Below are positions 56,300 through 64,000 of a stretch of 64,000 bases of DNA, piece by piece. Within the stretch, counting starts at the first letter, position 1. The number at the start of each line of letters is the position of its first letter. Origin of the DNA: Alphaproteobacteria bacterium (GTDB lineage Bacteria; Pseudomonadota; Alphaproteobacteria; UBA8317). The stretch lies in the NCBI GenBank assembly GCA_038131935.1, contig JAYPQH010000018.1, positions 160,001 through 224,000 of the forward strand, in the 5' to 3' direction. The translations under genes were made by a program, and so were the position numbers. The notes beneath the pieces were generated by a model. That model worked only from the letters and a program-made list of their open reading frames with translations, was not told the origin of the DNA and ran no database searches.

Positions 56300-56783
56300 T
56301 AACCTTCCTACTTTCCAAAACCAACTCATGAAGGTGCTGAATAGTTACCCGCCATATCAGTGCCTCGCCTTGGCGCCCAACTCGCTAAATCTTTAGGTTG
56401 AGTAGGTCGAATGGGCCCAGGCTTTTAACCTCACACAAGACGGACCCTTCTTCACGCGCTATGACGGTGCTATTGATAAGAGTTAGGACCGACGCCCCTA
56501 AAGCCAAATTATTCCCATACCTCTCTGTCCCAAAATTGACGATGTCAGTGACGGTCCCAGCATCGTTAAATATAACGAGCGCTAACACCCGGCGTAAGGC
56601 GAATAGCCTCTCCTCTTTAAATTGACGGATGCCTATGCGGACGGATATAACTATGGGGCTCGATAGCGTGCTTAACAAGCACTGACTGGGATCGTCAACT
56701 TATGCACATGATGTTGCTGCAACGAGAATTAGACTGCGCCTCTCTGCGAGTGCTTTTGGCGGCACTTGAATCAAAACCTTCAT
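56300..56783 (-). pseudogene. wbuC: WbuC family cupin-fold protein, frameshifted (decay or low-quality consensus); 3' end approximate
   Basis: Across frames: AIEPHSYIRPHRH, FKEERLFAL, VIFNDAG, TVIAREEGSVLCEVK, GPFD, KDLASWAP. Confidence 0.75.
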
Positions 56784-57975
56784 TACGCACCTGCTGCAGA
56801 GAATGCAGAGACAATCTGATTGACCAGTTTTTTTCAACGGAAAACTGTTTATCAGGAAGTGAATATACCGCTTCGGAAGCTCCAGATCAGAGTCGATTTG
56901 AACTAATAACTCTTGCATTGCCAAAGTATTAGCTCTTCAATCTTTTATCGTTTTCACAGACTTGCCAACGCGCTCATCTCTTATCAATTGAGCCAAATCA
57001 TTTCCAGGGTTGACTTTAGCTAAAACTGGCAATCCGTTCTGTACGGGGTGTTAAGAACTTTCCTGGGATATTGTGAGATTTATGTCTCTGGATCTAATGA
57101 GACGATCCCCACCGTATTGGGTACATAAGCCAGGTATTTCGTCCGGATCTACTCTGTCAAAAACGACATGGAATCAAGCTTGCGTTGCTGTAAGTTTCTT
57201 TTGAGCCGCGCAGCCTCACTCTCCGCGTCCTACAACAAAAACTCATATCTGATCTCTCACACAACCTCTCTAATACATGCAAAAGATGTCTAGACTTTGA
57301 GCAATACCTCCATGTTCCCTGCGTAGACTACAAACTTTTACGGCCCTTCAATTTAGTTTCCTGTCCAGTCTTATCGAGCAAGGTGAATAAATAGGCTTCC
57401 CAAGCCAGTTTTGTAAAACCTCCAAGCGACGGTGAGGCTGCTTTTCCCACTCAAGTAAAATACATCCAAGTTTACCCGTGTCGAATTCTACTATGTCCGC
57501 GACCGAGCGCTTCGGTAATGCGCAATACCATCATAAAAACGAGGATCAGACCCTGCGCAGCCAGTCCAGATCCACAGCCCACTCCGGGAAGATGTCGTGC
57601 GAATAATCATGTAACTTTGCAATCCTTGATCGCCTGAACCAACTCACTAGAGGCCTAAAAAATAGAGGGGGAATACTAAATATGCCGCCATCCCATGGCG
57701 CATCATGCTGGGCTTTTGCGAATATTCCACCACATAGCAAATGGCATTAGCAGGCTCCGCCATCGTCCTGCGAACGTACCACACCCTTTGTCCTGGGTGC
57801 TTTCAACCCTAATATTCAGCATCAATGTTCTAAGTATCCAGGGCTCTTTGATCAGCAGACGGTAGAATACGTACAGGTAAGGCCTTTGCGAATAAAACGC
57901 GGAACCAAATCTCTCAACTGAACGGCACCGGACGACCGTAAAGAGGAAAGGTATCTGCAATCAGAGCAATATGCA
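56783..57975 (-). pseudogene. GT4 glycosyltransferase, WbuB/WbjE-like (putative L-FucNAc transferase), frameshifted
   Basis: Start MHIALIADTFP; fragments GAVQLRD, DIFPEWAVDL, IPGK, GLPVLAKVNPGNDL. The stop overlaps the wbuC start. Confidence 0.7.
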
Positions 57976-57986
57976 TCTCTAGAGGC

Positions 57987-59120
57987 TCAATATTTCTTCC
58001 ACACTACTCGGTTAACGTAGTCAGTGTAGCTGTACAATTTTACTACTTTATCGCTGACGTTTGGCGCACTGTAATCATCCACCAACCGCAATAGACGCTC
58101 GTCGCCACGCGATTGCGTACCAATTACCGCTAGTGCTGGCGAACCCGATCAAACTTCTAAACCTACCATCAGCACAGCGCCCTCCTCCACGCTCCCGACG
58201 CTCCAGCGCCTGCGAGATCTAATGCGGGGAAGTTGAGCATCGATGACTCCTCGGTGATCGCACTGCTATCAGATACACCGCCGTGCAGCGTTCGACGTGG
58301 TAGATTTACATAGTCGTGAAACCCTATGAGGTTTCAAGTAAGGTACGAGCGTGGTGCTCCTCGCTCCCCCTTATTGCGTCAACACGATTTGCGTTCGTGG
58401 GTGGTCGACACAATTACTGGTAACCCGTGATCCGTAGCTAGCGTGTGTTGTTACATCTACCAGTTTCGCGAACGAGCGATCAGGCTCTATATTCTCCTCG
58501 CGATGAGCAAACAATCTTAAAAATATTTTTTCTTTGACTGGTAGATTTAATCGATTATGCATCTTGATCTATCAATATCTCGTATGTAATGGTGCAATAC
58601 TTGCTACATTGGCTTCCAGTCTTATTATCTGATCAGTGGAAATCCTCTCTCAAAAGATAATTCCTGCGCAATAGTGCTGCAAGTAAGGTTAATATCAGCG
58701 GTGTGGTCTACGATGCGTCTGTTAGTTTCCGGGTACGCGCTGACTGGGTAAGCACCACATCATTTCATATGGAATATGGGTATCTTACGTCGCTTGGCAG
58801 GAATCACAGATAGGCAACTATTGGTGTTCCCGAGCACCAGTACCGCCTCCGGTTGCTCCTCCAGAAGAACTGCACTATGGCCGTGATCAAATTTCCTATG
58901 GTATTAGCTTTCGCAACTGGTGCCACCTCGGCGCTATTTATGAAATGATTTGGTTTTGCACATTAAGGTTACCGAAAAACACCTGATTTACTCCAGTCAT
59001 AATTTTGCCCTGTGCACGAGCACGTGGTCGCAGGAGAGATCCAACGCTGCTAATACACGTGACAAACGAATAATCTCAGGGCGGGCGCCTACCACCGACA
59101 TCACCCTTGAGTTTTTTCAT
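57987..59120 (-). pseudogene. fnlC: Non-hydrolysing UDP-sugar 2-epimerase FnlC/WbjD, frameshifted
   Basis: Across frames: MKKLKVMSVVGARPEIIRLSRV, RRKIPIFHM, HREEN, SDS..ITEES, YVNRVVWKKY*. Confidence 0.82.
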
Positions 59121-60238
59121 TTAAATCTCAGCTCGCGATAGTGTCTGGTTTATCAAAAGATCAAAATTCCCGTTCGCCCAAAGCATCACTATCATTTCTT
59201 CATCACCTATATTTGTAATATCGTGCGTCCACCCGGGAACAGTATCTACTAACTTAGACTGGATCCATTAGTTCGCAGCTCCACAAGATCACTCAGAAGA
59301 ACGACTGAACAGTATCTCCTGATAACTGAGAATTTTGAATTTCTTATAGTAAAGAGTTGTACCATCTCTTATAATACCCTGATGTTGTTGTGAAGAACTG
59401 CAAATTATCTGATATCCGCGTCTTGAGACTTAACAACACACCTCTGGGGTTCCCGTGTTGAGTTACCTCGTACGAAAACGCTCAGGAGGTAGGTAACTAA
59501 CATAGTCGCGCATAAGGCACGAGCGGGCCTTCCTACGCGATCTGTCACCAGATTAGTCCGACCAGAATGTAAAGCTGAATCCGACCTGCGAGCTCCCAAT
59601 GTGATGTTGTAGGTCATACAACGCTCCCACTAACCATGCCTTCCAGAGGAACTTACTGCCGATATTGTGGCGGTTCATTGATGGGCCAATGGATGTAAAC
59701 AAGTGACAAGCAAGTCGATTCATCATGAACTTCAATAGGCAAATTGCGCAAGAGATGTTGTAGCAATAGGTTGCAACGACCGAATTGTAATTTGGTCTAC
59801 ACCACTTACCGAAGACGCTCCGGCAGGCGGAATACGACACATGAGATGCCCGTATCTTCTGAAAGCAAGAGACTTTATGACTTCTTCTGCTGCCAGCTTG
59901 CTCCTTCCGTGGGATTATCAAGCGCAGCTTGGGTGGAAGATGCAAAGACTAGCGGTGTCTTGCGACCATTACACACCGGCCTCTTGCCTCAAGGCTTCGC
60001 ACAACAATGAGGTTAATTTAACGTTGACCTCTGTGAAAGCTGTGTAGTCCTTTAGGGCGATTTTCCAGCTAGATGTATAACACCACAAACTTCCGATACC
60101 AGCTGGGGCACTATGCAACCCCATCACCCTCCCAAAAGTGCTGACTGTCACGCCCGGTAATCTGCCCAAACGTACCACTGGTTCTTGCCAATGAATCCAT
60201 CGGCCCCGTGACCAAAAATGACGGTTAAATAAATTCAT
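59121..60238 (-). pseudogene. fnlB: NAD-dependent reductase/epimerase FnlB/WbjC, frameshifted
   Basis: VTGADGFIGKN, VFGKWCRPNYNSVVATYCYNI, ARALCAT, VPGWTHDITNIG, KPDT. Confidence 0.82.
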
Positions 60239-60347
60239 TGTAAATCCCTACACGCTCCAAAAACCTTTGCTCATCGTTAGCCTAATTATTTAGTAACAAA
60301 AACGTGCCCGGCAACAGTTCCGCACAAAGCCTGTACCCAGACCAGTT

Positions 60348-61536
60348 TCACATCTTTCATCAAGATATTTTCCTTTTCCTCATGATCGAAATTAGGATTA
60401 CTAAGCGGTACATTTCAGCAAGTCTGTCTTTGACCATCGTCCTCCCCACAAGTAACTCACGATATACGTCCTCAAAGGCATGCAGAGCTTGCTCATCATG
60501 AAGCTGGCTGTTACTGATTACGCCTATAGCTCTTTTATACCCCATCCCACTTCACCTCCTCATTGCTGGTAAAAAACTCTCAAAATCTTTTTCTGCCCGT
60601 AGGGAATACTAGCAAAGAAACAACATGGCTACTCCCTTTCCGCCGCAGTTCATCCACTCGAACTCTGGCCTCTTTGCTCACTGCCGCATACGTACGGCTC
60701 GTAATCCATGGATTTACAAGACACTTCCCGGCTATGTCCGCCGAAAATTTTGTGCGGTGAAGTGCTTCACTTAGCTCAGGGGGAAGAAAACGTCTAAATT
60801 TTCACCGTAGATCGTTGCGAGTACACACAGTGCCCTTGATTCTTTGAGGGTGACAAAATACCCTTCACATCATTTGGAGCCGCATGTGGCTGATTTTTCT
60901 GCAACCGCCGGTTAAACCATGGAAGTGTAGAACCGTCCGAGAACGCCACGTTGGCAAACCGGGCCATGGACACCGGTACCTGGAAGACTCGCGCTTCATA
61001 AACCTCCATAATCCGCTTACGGTTCCCATCATGTTCCACTTCAAGTAGCAGCCTTGTCAGTCGATGTGGTAGCCATTTGTTAGCGCCATTCACGATGCTG
61101 TCCGCAACGTGCCAACGTGCTAAAAATATCGTCTTGATGAGTCTCATCAGTATGAAGGGATCACTCGCCCGAACATGCTTGAGAGCAGAGAGGTTCAATA
61201 CGAATCGTATTGCCCCGAGTTGCTACAGTAAGGTGAAGCAAAGCTTGGAATTCGATAGATCCACAATCGATGGCAAATGTTTTAAATTCACCCGCCATAT
61301 ATCCCATCGAACTTCGCAGACTTCTCACGAGCTCTACCATGTTGTTTAGAGATATCTACGAGCATGTAAGACCTTAGGATTCCGCTAAATATCTCTGTTG
61401 TGGACAGCCTCGACCAATGGACCCAGCACCACCGATTACTAAAACCCACTACGCGATATTATCCAAGCGAAGATCAGCGTCAAACCTGCGTCATCAGCGG
61501 CGGCAATGTGTACGCCCCAGCAGTCAGAACGCCCAT
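60348..61536 (-). pseudogene. UDP-N-acetylglucosamine 4,6-dehydratase, LgaA-like, frameshifted
   Basis: Across frames: VLVIGGAGSIG, NNMVELVRSLRSSMGY, FAIDCGSIEF, NLSALKHVR..DPF.LMRL, KRIME, ARFANVAFSDGS, APNDVK, KYLDE. Confidence 0.75.
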
Positions 61537-61609
61537 CCAGCCTCATCAAAATCTTCTGGTAATAACCCATTATTAACTATTACGATCCTTCTCCAATCCT
61601 TGAATACTA

Positions 61610-62603
61610 TCTTTATGCCTGAACAAACTTAAGTTTGCTTAAGAGCGCTAACATTCCAAACAAATCAATTGCAGTTGTGGGAGGTATATTCTGTAAACTT
61701 TAGCAAATGTTCGTTGCCCGTAATTTTTACGAACTTATCGTAATTCAAGGATCTCATGTCAGGAGATATCCGAGGTATCTGTCTAAGCCGGCTTCTTGCC
61801 GCAGCCATTTCTTCGCGGCCGCACAACGCCCCCGTAAGTTTTTTTCACCATGCCGCGTACCGATCACGCCGGACCGGATGCCCTGGTCGATTTAAAAGCG
61901 TTGTAAATGGCGTTAATCAGCACATCAATTGCCGCTGCTGGTGCCTTTTGAACAAAAATATCGCCAGATTCTCCATGCAATGCAAAAATCACCAGGTCTA
62001 CTGCGTCGTCAAGGTCATCATGAACCGCGTCATATTTGGGTCAGTGACGCTATTGGTCATCTGCCTCGAACTTGATTCACGAACAAAGGTATAACGGAAC
62101 CCCCGATATTATGCTAACATTCCCATAGCGGGTAATAAGCAATTTTTGTAGCGCCACTCGCCTTCGACTTTGCAACAATCACTTTTCCATCATCGCTTTT
62201 GACACGCCCATGGCGTTAATTGCAAACAGCTTTGTCTGTGCTTAAGCAAACAACCTTGTGACGCCAGCGGTTATTGCTGCGGTCAACACGTTTTCAGTGC
62301 CTAATACATTTGTTTTAACTGCCTCCATCGGGTAGAACTCACACGACGGAACCTGCTTCAAGGCCGCAGCATGAAAGATATAATCAACACCTACAAGTGC
62401 TCTGAAATCGACGATATATCTTTATCTCCAATATAAAAATTAATTTTCGGATTTAAGTAGCGCTTACGTATGTCATCCTGCTTTTTCATCTCTACTAAAA
62501 ATTCGAATTTCTTTTACATCTGATCCAACAAAACGTTCTTAAACACCGCGTTGCCGAACGAGCCTGTCTTAACTGTTATTAAGAGCGTTTTATCACCAAA
62601 CAT
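61610..62603 (-). pseudogene. fnlA: UDP-GlcNAc 4,6-dehydratase/epimerase FnlA/WbjB/CapE, frameshifted; 3' end approximate
   Basis: MFGDKTLLIT..TGSFGNAV, IRIFSRDEK, YIFHAAALKQVPSCEFYPMEAVKTNVLGTENV, CLSTDKAV, TDPNMTRFMMTLDDAVDLV, IGTRHGEK. Confidence 0.85.
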
Positions 62604-62649
62604 AATAAACCCAATATTACCTTTTATGGAATAGTCTGACTTCATAATT

Positions 62650-63410
62650 TTAATCTCTTTCCTGCGGTTGCGGATAATTAACCAAGACAGCTCATACGCA
62701 CCCTTGAAGACAAATAAACTCCCACAACCAACGCCCAACGTATGCGTGGTATGCATCAACAGTTGCCGCACATGCTCCAAAGATCCGCAACTACCCAGCA
62801 TAGTTACGGGGCATCGGACGGCTGGAGTTTACAATTTGAAAGAGGTGCAAATCGTAGCCATTCATCTGACCGTCTCGCTCAATATTATTGATTACGATCT
62901 CTCCTACACCCACCGAAATAAGTTCTTTAGCAAAATTGCTCTAATTTCCCATTGCGATTTTTTCTGTTCCATTGGCTGTATACACATCATAAGTTTTGAA
63001 AAATGCGACTTCTTTGACGTCTATTACACACACCAAACTTTGGCTTACCAATCGCATGAACTATATCTCTCAGGATAGACAAGTCCCTGTGGTGATCAGG
63101 AACTAACAGCCACCTTTTCGACACCTAACGATATTATTTTCGAAACGTCACTAAGTGTTTTTATAATTATCTCTGCAGCACACACAGCGGCATCTTGGGT
63201 ACCCTTCAAACGCTAATTAAATCAAATGACGGTTTTTGACACGCGAGATGCACCTATATCAAGAACAAAGAGCTCATCCGCTTCCTTTTCATTAAAAATC
63301 TTCATGGCATTGATCGGGTCACCAACGTACTTTGGCGACTGGAAACCAATCGTTCAACTGAGAACGTCATCATCCAGCAATAGCGTTGGAATTAATCGGG
63401 ATCTAAGCAC
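62650..63410 (-). pseudogene. hisF: HisF2/WbuZ-like cyclase-family protein of a glycan cluster, frameshifted; 3' end approximate
   Basis: MLRSRLIPTLLL, KYVGDPINAMKIFNEKEADEL, GVGCGSLFVFKG, VLVNYP. Confidence 0.8.
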
Positions 63411-63416
63411 ATTGTC

Positions 63417-64000
63417 TCACTTTAGGTTAGCAAAATTAATTAGTAAACTGCTGGCCATTCTTATGACTTTTTTCAGGGTGGAATTGGAATCCAAAACTCT
63501 TTAGAAGAGACCGCACTTTTGGCAAAAGGTATTTCCATATTCTGTTGTCGCAATCACAGCCGTATCATCAGAAGGCTGAAAATAATACACCGTAAAATAG
63601 GAACTCAGGCGATGACTCTTCAAAGCCATCAAAAACCGGAATGCCACCTGAATACTGGGAACGCGATTCCAGCCTATGTGCGGAGTAACTGATGTTGCCT
63701 GAAATCGCACCACCTTACCAGAATCAAACCCAAACCAGCGGAGCCCTTCGCTCGATCCTGCCAACATCTTGCATACCTACACACACGCCCATCAAGAATG
63801 CCCTCGGTTCACGCCGTCTTGTTAGATTCTTAAAACCCGGCTGAGGAAAACTTCCATCGCGGCATCAAACGAGCCAACGCCCGTAAAACCAGATGCGAAA
63901 ATTTTAATGCATCAGGGTTTGATATGGCCGCGGCGGGAATGTTACTGCTACCATAGTAGTTAACGAATGAGTTAACATTCCCTAAACCGTAACCTGAACA
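63417..64000 (-). pseudogene. hisH: HisH2/WbuY-like glutamine amidotransferase, frameshifted; 5' end at the window edge
   Basis: YGLGNV, GVGSFDAAM, GVCVGMQ, PHIGWN, QFHPEKSH. Confidence 0.85.

Noticed and set aside
54900-64000. Alternative genetic code or stop-codon reassignment explaining the lack of ORFs
   Set aside because: Homologous motifs jump between reading frames, so the breaks are indels and not in-frame recoded stops.
63988-64000. Resemblance of the window end (minus strand TGTTCAGGTTACG) to a nanopore adapter fragment
   Set aside because: The match is short and imperfect, and the same bases read in frame into the HisH motif YGLGNV. The window boundary may be arbitrary.
62650-64000. 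Histidine biosynthesis operon
   Set aside because: No other his genes are adjacent. The embedding among fnl/wbu genes and the YVGDPINA and GSLFVFKG motifs indicate glycan-cluster paralogues.

Overview
Chromosomal window of an alphaproteobacterium, inferred from gene content and order; the lower taxon cannot be assigned from sequence alone. Bases ~1-54,890 are a dense housekeeping region: secA, accA, xerD, aroK-aroB-corC, bolA/J-domain/cobS-cobT, gloB, tlpA, argH-lptM-lysA, gcdH, rpmB, meaB-mcm, a Suv3/MgpS-like helicase, hbd, rlmJ, S4-terB-fdxA, carD, rpoH2, metX-metW and etfBA. Interspersed accessory genes include an orphan Mo-hydroxylase large subunit, a type II flavin monooxygenase, an Rgt/Arn-like GT39-GT2-LAB_N-GT39 lipid A/LPS modification cassette, and a GT-B protein paired with a priming sugar transferase. 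At least 11 genes in this part, including essential secA, carry isolated indels, many in short homopolymers, which points to long-read consensus error rather than true pseudogenes. From ~54,900 to the end there are almost no long ORFs. Reading across frames on the minus strand recovers a shattered O-antigen/surface-glycan cluster: hisH2-hisF2-fnlA-[LgaA-like dehydratase]-fnlB-fnlC-wbuB-like GT4-wbuC, followed by ~1.4 kb I cannot assign. No rRNA, tRNA, CRISPR array, IS or prophage was found. I cannot demonstrate a clearly new system. The best leads are the hidden glycan cluster with its extra dehydratase, the Rgt-like cassette, and a recurrent ~12-13 bp degenerate tandem-repeat pattern in intergenic spacers.
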